From the NCBI GenBank assembly GCA_963843575.1, contig CAWJKZ010000014.1, forward strand, positions 480,001 to 544,000: 64,000 bases of DNA, read 5' to 3'. This document shows, in pieces, positions 17,561 to 27,731 of this stretch. Under the pieces are notes generated by a model. It had not been told where the DNA came from, ran no database searches, and saw only the letters and a list, made by a program, of their open reading frames with translations. Made by a program: the position numbers and the translations under genes. Positions within the stretch are counted from its first letter, which is position 1. The number at the start of each line of letters is the position of its first letter. The stretch comes from an uncultured Acidobacteriota bacterium (GTDB lineage: Bacteria > Acidobacteriota > UBA6911).

Positions 17561-19724
17561 TCAGGCGGCCGGGAGGGCGGCCTTGACTCTCTCCGGCGTG
17601 AGCGGCATTTCGAACAGGCGCGCACCGGTCGCATCGAAGAGGGCGTTGGCGACCACCGCGCCCACGGGGACTATCGCCGGTTCGCCGCCGCCCTGGGGCG
17701 TAAGATCGTCGTTCTTGACCAGGACCGTCTCGATCACGGGAAGCCAGGAGAATCGCGGGAGTTCGTAGGTATCGAAGTTGCGGTCGAGCACCTCGCCGCC
17801 CTTGAACCGCACCTCCTCGCTGAGCGTGTAGCCCAGCCCCATCGTGATGCAGCCTTCGACCTGCATGGTCGCACCCTCGGGGTTGATGACGATTCCCATC
17901 TCCTGGGCACAGACAATTCTGGCCACCCTCACCCTCCCCGTCTGCTTGTTCACCAGGACCTCGGCAATTTCGGCCACGTATGTTCCGGCGTCAATGCCGC
18001 ACGCGATGCCGACGCCGCGTCCACTGGGCGCGATCCCCTTCTTCCAGCCGAACCGCTCGGCCGCCGCCTGCAGGACGCTGCGCATCCGCTTGTCGGTGGT
18101 GTTGGCGAGCCGGAATTCGAGGGCGTCGACCCCGGCCTTGGCAGCCATGATGTCAACCTGGGATTCCCGGGCGAACACGTTGATGTTCGCACCCGGGGCC
18201 CGCCACGGACCAACCCCGAACGGATGGACTCGGACGGCATCCCCGGACCACTGACCGTAGGTTCTGATCAGGTTGTTCGGCACGTCGTAAAACTGTTCGG
18301 CGCTGCGGGAGCCCGCGAAGTAGACCTGGTAGTCCCACAGGCTCATCCTGCCAGCTCCGTCGACGGCGGAGGCGACCTTCACCACCGCCGCCGGGCGGAA
18401 GTTGTCGTAGAAGAACTCCTCGGCCCGGTTCCAGGCGACCTGAACCGGTTTGCCGGTGATGCGCGACAGGAGCGCGGCCTCGACGCCTTGCCTCGCGTTC
18501 CCGCTCTTTCCCCCAAATCCCCCGCCCACGAACGGCGTGATCACCCGCACCTGTTCCGGCGCGAAGCCGAGCGCGCGCGCAATTTCCTGCTGGTTGGGAA
18601 AAGGGGTCTGGGTGGAAAGCCAAAGGGTCGCTTTCTGCCCTTCGATGTGTGCGAGCGCCGTGTGTGTTTCCATCGGGGCATGTGCGCCATACCCGTCGGT
18701 GTAGGTGTGCTCGAACACGGCCGGGGCGGTCGCGCGCGCCTGCGCAATGTCACCCCTGCGTTCGCTCTCCCGCGCCTCCGGGCGCTTTCGCGACCAGGTA
18801 GTCGAAAATGGTGCGGTTGTCGGCGGCGGGTGCGGGCAACTCGAAATCTGCCTTGACGGCGCCCAGCGCCCGAGCGGCCATTTCAGGGTCCGGGTGGAGC
18901 ACGGCCACCATGCCGTCCTGCTTCACTACCGTGACGCCCGGCAGCTTCTCGGCCGCGGTGGTGTCGACGGTCTTGGGCTGCGCTCCGTGGGCCGGAGGCC
19001 GCAGGACCCTGGCGTACAGCATGCCGGGAAGTCGCACGTCGCCGGCGTACACGGCTTTCCCCGTGACCTTGACGACGGCATCCGTCCTCTTCGCCGGCTT
19101 TCCCATCAACGAAAACTCGGATGGGGACTTGAGCGCCGTCTTCCCCTCGGACTTCCGCGTGATCGTCCGTCCGCCGGCCAGCTGGGCGAAAGAGACGCGC
19201 TTGCTGCGATCCGAGGCGGCGAAGACGATCCCGCGCTCAACCCTGAGGTCGCCCGCCGGGATGCGCAGCCGTTCGGCGGCCAAGCCGATCAGCACGGTCC
19301 GCGCCTCCGCGGCGGCTCCCCGGAGGGCGGGGCCGAAAAACCGGGTGGACATCGAACCGTAGGTCCCCATGTCGAAGGGACAGACCTGCGTGTCCCCCAT
19401 GATCATGTCCACGGCCTCCAGCGCGACCCCGAGTTCGTCGGCGGCCATCTGGGCCAGCGAGGTTACGATGCCCTGGCCCATCTCAATCTTGCCTGAGTAG
19501 ACCGTAACACGCCCGTCCTCACCGATCCGGAGGTAGGCATTCGGATCCGTGGGATAACCTCGGCCGCGGCTCTCCTGGCCTTTCGACGGCGGGATCTCCA
19601 GGCTGAAGAACACGAAAATGCCGGCACCGAACGACTTCAGAAAATCGCGCCGGTCGAGTTCGAGGGCTCTGCCCCAGAGTGTCGCCGCAGGCTCCTGCCC
19701 CCGGTTCCGCTTTTCCCGGCTCAT
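17561..19724 (-). pseudogene. xanthine dehydrogenase family molybdopterin-binding subunit (IorB-like), split by a +1 frameshift near 18780
   Basis: Tat DRRDFLK; EMGQG, GTYGS, KVTGKAVYAGD in the 5' ORF; HAPME, GGGFGGK, WRAPG, GGGEP in the 3' ORF. Removing one base from the GGG run at 18780-18782 fuses the two ORFs; may be a sequencing error. Confidence 0.8.
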
Positions 19725-20185
19725 TTCGACCTCCCGACCTTCGCGATCGCCTGCAGGATGCGCTTATGCGCACCACATCGGCACAGATTGTCGTCCATCG
19801 CCGCGACGATCTCGTCGCGGGTGACGCGGCGCTTGTTCAGCAGCAGCGCATATGCGGTCATGATCATCCCGGGGGTGCAAAAGCCGCACTGCAGCGCGCC
19901 CTCGTCGACGAACGCCTGCTGCAGCGGGTGCAGCTTGCCGTCGCGCGCCAGGCCTTCGATGGTCGTCACGTCCTTCCCGCCAACGTCCCGGACGGGCAGC
20001 CTGCAGGAGCGCACTGCCTCTCTGTCGACGACGACGGTGCACGCACCGCACAGGTTTTCTCCGCAGCCGAACTTGGTACCTGTCAGCTCGAGGTCCGTGC
20101 GCAAAACCCAAAGCAACGCACGGTCCCCCTCGACGTTCAGGCTCGTGGCCTTCCCGTTGAGCTTGAACTTGATGGTTTCTTTCAT
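19721..20185 (-). CDS. (2Fe-2S)-binding subunit (IorA/CoxS-like)
   Basis: GTKFGCGENLCGACTV, SC, TTIEGL, QCGFCTPG, NLCRCG. Confidence 0.92.
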   Translation of the reverse strand: MKETIKFKLNGKATSLNVEGDRALLWVLRTDLELTGTKFGCGENLCGACTVVVDREAVRSCRLPVRDVGGKDVTTIEGLARDGKLHPLQQAFVDEGALQCGFCTPGMIMTAYALLLNKRRVTRDEIVAAMDDNLCRCGAHKRILQAIAKVGRSK

Positions 20186-20268
20186 GGGCGAACTCTCGCG
20201 AAAAAGTTGGAGCGATTCTAGCAGAACGGCACTCACTTCGTCAGCTACCCAAGCAGAGAGTAGAACAA

Positions 20269-20463
20269 GTGGGTCCGCTTCAGCCCGGACGCTTCGTGCG
20301 CCCGCTCTATAGCGCAGGTCAAAAAACGTCCGGGCTGAAGAGGCTTTCCAACGGTTGATTGTGGAGTGCGGCGCCGAGGCAGCCGAGGCGCCGCACTCCA
20401 GATTACTTCAGTTCGTCCGGATTGAACATCAACCGTTGGACAGCCTCTGAAGCCCGGACCCGC
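20269..20463. repeat. REPIN-like inverted REP pair (GTGG-headed GTCCGGGC-TGAA-GCCCGGAC family), interrupted by an insertion
   Basis: GTGGGTCCGCTTCAGCCCGGAC (20269-20290) faces the split copy GTCCGGGC-TGAA (20328-20339) ... TGAA-GCCCGGACCCGC (20448-20463). Confidence 0.7.
20340..20447. mobile_element. 108-bp MITE with 20-bp TIRs and TGAA target duplication, inserted in a REP loop
   Basis: GAGGCTTTCCAACGGTTGAT vs reverse complement of ATCAACCGTTGGACAGCCTC (19/20 match); TGAA on both sides. Confidence 0.75.
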
Positions 20464-20567
20464 TTTTTTGCCGGGATGAAATAACGCGGGCTCTCCGGAA
20501 ACTTTCGGTGTGGAAGCACGACTGCACGGCGGAGCCTGCGGTCGAGCATTGAGTGGGAGACGATACC

Positions 20568-21041
20568 GTGAGAGCACAGGAGGGGTTTACCCTTATCGAA
20601 ATCCTCATTGTGGTGGCCATCATCGCCATCGTGGCCGCCATCGCGGTTCCGAGCCTGCTCACCTCGAGGCAGGCGGCAAACGAGGCTGCCGCCATCCAGG
20701 GGTGCAGGACCATCGGCTCGGCCGAAATAGCGTTTGCGGCAACGAACAACCAGCAGTACACGACGCTCGCCGCGCTCGTGACCGGGGAATACCTCGACAG
20801 CCGCTTCGGGGCGACAGGGTCGGTAAACAACTACAACTATGATGTGGGGGACGTCTTGGGCACGAGCATCGACGGCGCGCCGCCGGATTCGTTTGGCTTC
20901 CTGGCCACACCCCGCACCGGCTACGGCCGATTTCTCTACTCGGTCGCGCCGGATCAGGTGGTTCGGTTTCAGGGCGTGGTCGCGGGAGCTTCGTTCCCGT
21001 CCGGAGTCGTAGCGGGGGACCCTATTGGCAAAACCAACTGA
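20568..21041 (+). CDS. type IV pilin / prepilin-type N-terminal cleavage-methylation protein
   Basis: G|FTLIEILIVVAIIAIVAAIAVP class III signal; GGGAGA SD before GTG 20568. Confidence 0.9.
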   Translation: MRAQEGFTLIEILIVVAIIAIVAAIAVPSLLTSRQAANEAAAIQGCRTIGSAEIAFAATNNQQYTTLAALVTGEYLDSRFGATGSVNNYNYDVGDVLGTSIDGAPPDSFGFLATPRTGYGRFLYSVAPDQVVRFQGVVAGASFPSGVVAGDPIGKTN

Positions 21042-21099
21042 GGTTCCTCAACGGCGGGGTGGGGGAGGCAGCTGATGCTGTCGCAAGCAGGGATCCGGC

Positions 21100-21121
21100 G
21101 GGGCGGGCCGAGGCCCGCCCC
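21100..21121. terminator. GC hairpin between convergent pilin and nuoM genes
   Basis: GGGGCGGGCC-GA-GGCCCGCCCC; weak U tail. Confidence 0.4.
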
Positions 21122-21146
21122 TTCGGGGGAAAGAACGCTCGCCCAG

Positions 21147-22724
21147 TCAGCGGGTGCCGGGCGGCTGCACGGCGGCAGGGGGGATCACCTGCGCGCGATT
21201 CGTCTTGAAGTAGTCGGTCCGCACCCGCTCGACGATCGAGTTCACGGGCTGGTCGAGGTACTTGGTGAAGAAGTTCGGATAGATCCCGATCCAGAACGCG
21301 AGGATGATCAGCGGCACGAAGGTCGCAAACTCGCGCAGGCTCAGGTCGGGGAGCGCCTTGTTTGCCGGGTTCTCGAGCTTGCCGAACATCACGCGCTGGT
21401 AGAGCCAGAGCATGTAGGCGGCGCCGAGCACGATGCCGATCACAGCGACGGACGCGTAGATCCAGAGTCCTGGGGCGGCGAACGTCCCCTGCAGGATGAA
21501 GAATTCGCCGATGAAGCCGTTCAACCCGGGCATCCCGATCGAACTGAGCGTCATGATGAGAAAGACCGTGGCATACAGCGGCATGATGTGGCTGAGGCCG
21601 CCGTACTCCGAGATCAGCCGCGTGTGGCGACGCTCGTAGATCACCCCGACGATGAGGAACAGCGCACCCGTGGATATGCCGTGATTGACCATCTGCAGCA
21701 CGCTGCCCTGCAGGGCGACGGGGGTTGCCGCGAAGACGCCCAGCATCACGAACCCGAGGTGGCTCACCGAAGAGTAGGCCACCAGCGATTTCATGTCCTT
21801 CTGCATCATCGCGACGAGGGCGCCGTAGATTATTCCGATCAACGCCAGGATCAACAGCGGCTTCAGGAAGTGCATGGTCGCCCACGGGAACATCGGGAGG
21901 GAAAAACGGACGAAGCCGTAGGTCCCCATCTTCAGCAGGACGCCGGCCAGGATCACCGATCCTGCCGTCGGGGCCTCGACGTGAGCGTCGGGCAGCCAGG
22001 TGTGGAACGGGAACATCGGGACCTTTATCGCGAAACCGATGAAAAACGCCACGAAGACCCAGTACTGCAAATCCGTCGGGAAACCCAGTTTCTGAAACGC
22101 GAGGATGTCGAACGAGTAGATGCCGGTGGCGTCATGCTGGTAGAAGTAGATGGCCAGGATGCCGACGAGCATCAGGACGGAACCGGCCAGCGTGTACAGG
22201 AAGAACTTGATCGCGGCGTAGAGCTTGCGCGGGCCGCCCCAGACACCTATCAAGAAATACATCGGGACCAGCATCACTTCCCAGAAGACGTAGAAGACGA
22301 GGAAATCCAGCGACATGAAAACGCCCAGCATCCCGGTCTGGAGCAGGAGCATGAAAGCGTAGTACTCCTTCACCCGCTCGGTGATGGCATTCCAGGACGA
22401 GAGGATCGCGATGAAGCCGAGGAGGGTTGTCAACAGCACCAGCAGCATGCTGATCCCATCGATTCCGAACTTGTATTTCGCACCGATCAAGTCGATCCAG
22501 GGTCTCTCGTAAATAAACCGGAACCCTGATGCGGGATCGATGTAGCGGGGGTCGAAGAAGCTCGTCATCAGAGGGATCGACACCAGGAAACCTGCGAACG
22601 CGGTGATGTTGGCGATCCACTTGGCCGCCGCGGCGTTTTCCCGCCTGGTGAACATGATCAGCACCATCCCGGCGAGCGGGAGGTAACAGACGATGTTCAG
22701 AATGTTGTTCATGAAGAAATCCAT
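21147..22724 (-). CDS. nuoM: NADH-quinone oxidoreductase subunit M
   Basis: GIDGIS, FYVFWEVMLVPMYFLIGVWG, KVPMFPFHTWLPDAHVEAPT, LLKMGTYG, AYSSVSHLG. Confidence 0.95.
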   Translation of the reverse strand: MDFFMNNILNIVCYLPLAGMVLIMFTRRENAAAAKWIANITAFAGFLVSIPLMTSFFDPRYIDPASGFRFIYERPWIDLIGAKYKFGIDGISMLLVLLTTLLGFIAILSSWNAITERVKEYYAFMLLLQTGMLGVFMSLDFLVFYVFWEVMLVPMYFLIGVWGGPRKLYAAIKFFLYTLAGSVLMLVGILAIYFYQHDATGIYSFDILAFQKLGFPTDLQYWVFVAFFIGFAIKVPMFPFHTWLPDAHVEAPTAGSVILAGVLLKMGTYGFVRFSLPMFPWATMHFLKPLLILALIGIIYGALVAMMQKDMKSLVAYSSVSHLGFVMLGVFAATPVALQGSVLQMVNHGISTGALFLIVGVIYERRHTRLISEYGGLSHIMPLYATVFLIMTLSSIGMPGLNGFIGEFFILQGTFAAPGLWIYASVAVIGIVLGAAYMLWLYQRVMFGKLENPANKALPDLSLREFATFVPLIILAFWIGIYPNFFTKYLDQPVNSIVERVRTDYFKTNRAQVIPPAAVQPPGTR

Positions 22725-22768
22725 CGACCACAGCTCCTCGGTTGGAGACGGGGGGCCCGGACACCCCG

Positions 22769-24823
22769 CTAAAACCTGAACAGTTCGTTGTAATAAATCA
22801 ATACGATGACGACGATGCCGAAAACGGCAACCAGGGCGTAGCGCTGCACGAGCCCGGTTTGAAACGCGGTCGCAATCCTGTTGAGCCGCATGTTTATCCA
22901 GCCGATCAGGTTCACCAGCCCGTCCACCACGTACTTATCGAAGAGGCCCGACAGCGACGCCGAGCCCCGGGTCGTCGCGGCCGTCCCGTTCACGGCACCG
23001 TCGACGAACCTGGAGTCCACAAACCAACACGCGCTGCCCAGGTCCTTGGTACGGTTGACGAACAGCGCGTCATACAGCTGGTCGACGTAGTACTTGTTGC
23101 GCACCAGCTCGTAGACGCCCTTCACCCGCGCGGTAACCCTGTCGGCGGTGCCGGGTCTGGCAACATAGAAGCGATACGCCAGCGCGATGCCCGCCAGCGC
23201 GATGGCAACGGACAAGACCGTGAACAGCAGCTCCTGTCCGGCAGAATGCTCGACGGCGTGCTCCGCGGCAGGCAGTCGCAGCACCGGTTCCAGGAAATGC
23301 TCGAAACCGTTTGAGACCCCCGTCCAGCCGGGAAGCCCGACATAGCCCCCGATGACGGACAGTACCGCCAGGGCGGCCAGCGGGTAGACGACGTTCTTCG
23401 GCGACTCGTGGATGTGCTGCCGGGCGTGCGCATCCATGCGTTCCTGTCCCCAGAAGGTCAGGAACAGAAGCCGAAACATGTAGAACGCGGTCATGCCGGC
23501 GCTGAGCCACAACATGAGCCAAACGACCGGGTGGCCGTTGCTCCACGCTCTCCACAGGATCTCGTCCTTGCTGAAGAACCCGGCCAGGCCCGGGACCCCG
23601 GTGATGGCCAGCGTGCCGGTCAGCATCGTCGCGTAGGTCCACGGCAGATAACGCCGCAATCCCCCCATTTTCATCATGTCCTGCTCGTGGTGCAGCGCCA
23701 TGATGACCGACCCGGAACCGAGGAAGAGGAGGGCCTTGAAAAATGCGTGCGTCATCAGGTGAAAGATGCCGCCGACGAACGAGCCTACCCCGAGGGCCGC
23801 AAACATGTAACCCAGCTGGCTCACGGTCGAGTAGGCAAGCACGCGTTTGATGTCTGTCTGAGCGAACCCGATGGTTGCGGCGAAGATGGCGGTCGCGGCA
23901 CCAATCACCGCAACGATCATCATCGCCTCCGGCGAACGGCTGTACAGGGCGTTCGACCGGCAGACCATGTAGACGCCGGCGGTGACCATCGTGGCTGCAT
24001 GGATCAACGCCGAGACCGGCGTGGGACCTTCCATCGCGTCCGGCAGCCAGACGAACAGCGGGATCTGCGCGCTCTTCCCCGTCGCCCCGATAAACAGGCA
24101 AATGCAGGCCCAGAACAGAAACCCGTGGCCCTCCTGAACGGGGAGGGCGGCAGCCCTGGTAAAAACCTCCTCGTAACGCAACGAGCCGAAGTGAACGAAG
24201 ATCAGCATCATGCCGAGGAGAAAACCAGCGTCGCCTATCCGGTTCACGACGAATGCCTTCTTGCCGGCGTCCCCCGCGCTCTTCTTGTCGAAATAGAAAC
24301 CGATGAGCAGGTAGGAGCACAAACCCACCCCTTCCCACCCCACGAACATCATCACGTAGTTGTTCGCCAGGACGAGCGTCAACATCGCGAACATGAAGAG
24401 GTTCAGGTACGAAAAGAAACGGTAATACCCCGAATCGTCCCACATGTACCCGGTCGAATACACGTGGATCAGGAATCCCACGCCCGTCACCACCAGGATC
24501 ATGACCGCCGAGAGCGGATCGAGTTGAACACCCCAGGGGATTTCAAACTCGGCCAGCTGCCCGTTCGCCAGCGGAAGGAGCCCGCCCCGCAGCCAGCTGA
24601 ACAGGTCTTGCGTGAAGACTTCCCGGCCATCGAGCACAAAGGCCTGGTAGACCACCGCCGCCGAAAGGGCAAAAGCCAGCCCGACCGAGAGCAGGGCGAC
24701 GGCGGAAACAAACCTCTTGTTCAGTTTCCGCCCCGCCAGCCGCAACGAGTACAGCCCGGTTATTCCGATAATCGCACTGCCGGCCAACGGCAGGATGGGG
24801 ATGAGCCAGACATAATCAAGCAT
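22769..24823 (-). CDS. nuoL: NADH-quinone oxidoreductase subunit L
   Basis: GWEGVGLCSYLLIGF, NRIGD, GKSAQIPL.VWLPDAMEGPTPVSALIHAATMVTAG, HAFFKALLFL, GFFSKDEIL. Confidence 0.95.
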   Translation of the reverse strand: MLDYVWLIPILPLAGSAIIGITGLYSLRLAGRKLNKRFVSAVALLSVGLAFALSAAVVYQAFVLDGREVFTQDLFSWLRGGLLPLANGQLAEFEIPWGVQLDPLSAVMILVVTGVGFLIHVYSTGYMWDDSGYYRFFSYLNLFMFAMLTLVLANNYVMMFVGWEGVGLCSYLLIGFYFDKKSAGDAGKKAFVVNRIGDAGFLLGMMLIFVHFGSLRYEEVFTRAAALPVQEGHGFLFWACICLFIGATGKSAQIPLFVWLPDAMEGPTPVSALIHAATMVTAGVYMVCRSNALYSRSPEAMMIVAVIGAATAIFAATIGFAQTDIKRVLAYSTVSQLGYMFAALGVGSFVGGIFHLMTHAFFKALLFLGSGSVIMALHHEQDMMKMGGLRRYLPWTYATMLTGTLAITGVPGLAGFFSKDEILWRAWSNGHPVVWLMLWLSAGMTAFYMFRLLFLTFWGQERMDAHARQHIHESPKNVVYPLAALAVLSVIGGYVGLPGWTGVSNGFEHFLEPVLRLPAAEHAVEHSAGQELLFTVLSVAIALAGIALAYRFYVARPGTADRVTARVKGVYELVRNKYYVDQLYDALFVNRTKDLGSACWFVDSRFVDGAVNGTAATTRGSASLSGLFDKYVVDGLVNLIGWINMRLNRIATAFQTGLVQRYALVAVFGIVVIVLIYYNELFRF

Positions 24824-24992
24824 ATGGTTGACTTCGATAGGGACTAGGGCATTGGCTGCGGGCCGAGACCAGTTCCGGCAGGCTCGGACCAGCGACGGCG
24901 CCGGAGCAGCCCGTCCGGCACCCGCTCCCAGCTCTGGAGAAATACGCTAAAGCAAAAGGCCTCAAATATTAGCAACTGTAAATGGAGCGTTT

Positions 24993-25022
24993 TTAGTACC
25001 ACAGTGTTCCGGGACTTGTCAA
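24993..25022 (-). promoter_or_regulatory. putative sigma70 promoter for nuoLM
   Basis: TTGACA-18 bp-TACTAA on the minus strand, about 170 bp upstream of nuoL. Confidence 0.5.
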
Positions 25023-25095
25023 TCAAAACCCCGGCCGGCAGCCCGCAAGCAGCCGGGCAGTCCGAGAGCGCGTTCGCAGGGCGAAATCAGCTCCT

Positions 25096-25743
25096 TCAAG
25101 CGGTGCCGTTACCGGGCTGCCCGCTTCCGCGGTCCGCCCCGGCGGCATCGGCCAGCAGGGAGAGATAAACAGCCTCGACGCGCGCCCCGGTCGCCTCGAA
25201 GGACCCGGAGGTGTCTATGATGTAGTGTGCCACCTTGACCTTCTCGCTCGACGGCATCTGCGCCGCCATCCGGGCGCGGGCCTCGCCCTCGGTCAGCCCG
25301 TCGCGGTCCATCAGGCGCCGAAGCTGCAGTTCCGGCGCACACGTCACGACCACCAGCCGGTCATACCCCCGGTACGAACCGGTCTCCACCATCAAGGCGG
25401 CGTCGACCACGACGATCCCGGCCAACCGTGCTTGCTCGATGGCGTCCACGCGGCGCCGGATTTCCTGCCCGACCGCGGGGTGCACAATGCTGTTGAGCAG
25501 CGTGCGCTTCCCGGCATCGGCAAAGATTATGGCTGCGAGGGATTTACGGTGGATGCCGCCGTCCCGATCCAGGACCGACGGACCAAAGACCTCGACGATC
25601 TTCCTGTGAGTTGCAGTCTGCGGGGCGAGCAGTTCGTGGACGATCGCATCTGCGTCGATGATATATGCGCCGAGCTCGGCCAGGACCCGCGTTACGTAGC
25701 TCTTGCCGCAGGCGATGTTGCCGGTCAGCCCCACACGCAACAT
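25096..25743 (-). CDS. coaE: dephospho-CoA kinase
   Basis: VGLTGNIACGKS P-loop, IIDAD, LNSIVHP, QLRRLM.RDG, ARMAAQM. Confidence 0.93.
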   Translation of the reverse strand: MLRVGLTGNIACGKSYVTRVLAELGAYIIDADAIVHELLAPQTATHRKIVEVFGPSVLDRDGGIHRKSLAAIIFADAGKRTLLNSIVHPAVGQEIRRRVDAIEQARLAGIVVVDAALMVETGSYRGYDRLVVVTCAPELQLRRLMDRDGLTEGEARARMAAQMPSSEKVKVAHYIIDTSGSFEATGARVEAVYLSLLADAAGADRGSGQPGNGTA

Positions 25744-25767
25744 GGCGCGGATCATATCACAGCCGAA

Positions 25768-25790
25768 TTCGGAGTGCGGCGCCTCGGCTT
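25768..25790. repeat. partial copy of the GGAGTGCGGCGCCTCGGC REP-like repeat
   Basis: TTCGGAGTGCGGCGCCTCGGCTT matches the units at 13487 and 20362. Confidence 0.5.
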
Positions 25791-25972
25791 GAACATTGTA
25801 TGCATCTTGGAGCAGAACGCGGGATCAACGTCAAAAACCAGCCACGGAGGGACAGGGACATCACGGAATCTGTCCGGTGGCTTCCGACTCCGTCTTCCGT
25901 GCGCCTCACTGTCTTCCGTGGCGAGCTTTCGATTTTCGCCGCACTCGGAATCGGCTTCAGGTCGTCTCTCGT

Positions 25973-26935
25973 TCAGGGGATGTCCACGATCAGCAACGAG
26001 TGTGATTGCTCGTTGACGACCACCACCGAACGGCTGTCGGGCAAAACTTCGACGTCGACGGGCCCCTTCTCCACCTCGAAGGTCCGGCCCTGAAGCTCTT
26101 TCATGTCAGCGGGCAGCACGGTAACGTTGCGCGACTCGGTGTTTACGACGTAGACCGATTTGCCGTCCGGGCTGACGGCAACGCCGAACGGCCGCTTCCC
26201 TACCGGCACGGTCACGAGCACCTTGTGGGCCACCGCGTCGATCACGGTCAAGTCGTTGGATCGGCTGTTGGCGACGAAGGCGCGCTTTCCGTCGGGAGCA
26301 ATCGCGATCCCGTCCGGGGCGTCGCCAACCGGGATCTTGGCGATCACCGCGCGTTGCGCCGGATCGACGACCCAAACGTCGTTGGAGCCGCCATTGACCA
26401 CAAAGACCTGCTCGTTGATGGGTGACACGGCGAGCGCAATCGGGGCCATCCCGACCTTGATCGTGGTGGCCACTGCGCGTTCCCGGATGTCGATGACGTG
26501 CAGCTGCCCCTCGCGGCTCCGGCCAAAATTCGTCACGAACGCGCGGTACCCCTTGGGCCCGACGGCGACGGCGTTGGGGGCCCCGTTGACCTTGATATTC
26601 GCCTCGACCCGGAAACCGGCGATGTCGACGACAGCGACGGTCCCATCGTCCCTGCACGCCACGAACACCGTCTTGCCGTCGTCCGTCACGGCCAGTCCGA
26701 GGGGGGCTATCCCAACCGCCAGAGTGCGCGCCACGACTTTCTTCACCAAGTCCACTTCGACCAGATCCCCGGTTCCATAGGAGGTCACGTAAGCGGTGCG
26801 ACCGTCCGGGCTGAGCGCCACAAAATTGGGGTACTCGCCAACCTTCTTCACCTTCACCACCTTGGCTGCCGCGACGGCGGCGAAGGCCAGGACAACGGCT
26901 GCACACAGGACGGCGATCGGTTTTCGGTACTTCAT
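25973..26935 (-). CDS. secreted YncE/YVTN-repeat beta-propeller protein
   Basis: Signal peptide; about seven VG..P.GIA.SPDG...YV.N repeats. Confidence 0.88.
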   Translation of the reverse strand: MKYRKPIAVLCAAVVLAFAAVAAAKVVKVKKVGEYPNFVALSPDGRTAYVTSYGTGDLVEVDLVKKVVARTLAVGIAPLGLAVTDDGKTVFVACRDDGTVAVVDIAGFRVEANIKVNGAPNAVAVGPKGYRAFVTNFGRSREGQLHVIDIRERAVATTIKVGMAPIALAVSPINEQVFVVNGGSNDVWVVDPAQRAVIAKIPVGDAPDGIAIAPDGKRAFVANSRSNDLTVIDAVAHKVLVTVPVGKRPFGVAVSPDGKSVYVVNTESRNVTVLPADMKELQGRTFEVEKGPVDVEVLPDSRSVVVVNEQSHSLLIVDIP

Positions 26936-26987
26936 CTCGCGAATTGCCCTTCCGTTCGGGGCCATGGCCCGCGGTTTGTTTATATTA

Positions 26988-27731
26988 CTACTTGGTTGCC
27001 GCTATGAGGCTGAAGACACCGCTGTCCGGCGACCGCCTTGCCTTCAGCCCCTGGATGATGACCTGCCGAAAGCCGGCGGAAAACAGGAGCTTCAGGGCCT
27101 CCTCCTGATCGTAATACGTGCCGTCGGCCTCGGTGGGGTTTTTCTGGAGATATCGCAGCTGCAGCTTTCTGAGCCCCCAGACACACCTGTTTCTAAATGA
27201 TCCGGGCTCCAGCACTTCCGCAAGAATCAGGTGCCCCTCCGGAGCGAGGATGCGGGCGGCTTCGGCAAGAAACTGGGGAGCATCGTGGCGGTGAAAATCG
27301 AAGATCGATACGGCGATCTCCCCGAAGCCGTCCGGAACAGGGCAGCGGCCCGGCTCGGTCTGCTTGAATTCGAGCGAGTGATCGAGGTTGAGGTGGTGCG
27401 CCCGCTGCTTGGCGCGCTCGAGCAGCGTGATGTTTGCATCGAAGGAGTAGACCTTCCCGACAAATCCTTTGCGCCCCGCCAGACGCAACGCAAACGTGCC
27501 GGTGTCGGTGAGCATGTCGACGATCCTGACCCGCCTGGTATTGATCACGAAATCGACGACCTGTTCGACGGTGGCGTAGTAATCCAAGCCGGTGCGCCAG
27601 TGAAAATAACGTGAGATCCCCTCCTCGTAGGAATCCACTCGGGCGGGGAGACCGCCCAGAAACGGGCGGGCGCGGGGAGGCGAGAAATCGAATTTCTTTT
27701 GCTGGCCCGCCGCGGTTTTGTCGGTCTTCAC
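26988..27731 (-). CDS. class I SAM-dependent methyltransferase-like protein
   Basis: Degenerate motif I (IVDMLTDTG), FD...LLERAKQR, EAARILAPEGHLILAE; GTG start overlaps the upstream stop. Confidence 0.7.
   Translation of the reverse strand: MKTDKTAAGQQKKFDFSPPRARPFLGGLPARVDSYEEGISRYFHWRTGLDYYATVEQVVDFVINTRRVRIVDMLTDTGTFALRLAGRKGFVGKVYSFDANITLLERAKQRAHHLNLDHSLEFKQTEPGRCPVPDGFGEIAVSIFDFHRHDAPQFLAEAARILAPEGHLILAEVLEPGSFRNRCVWGLRKLQLRYLQKNPTEADGTYYDQEEALKLLFSAGFRQVIIQGLKARRSPDSGVFSLIAATK

Noticed and set aside
18750-18752. UGA ending the 5' IorB ORF as a possible Sec codon
   Set aside because: The downstream coding sequence is in a different frame, so this is a frameshift rather than readthrough.
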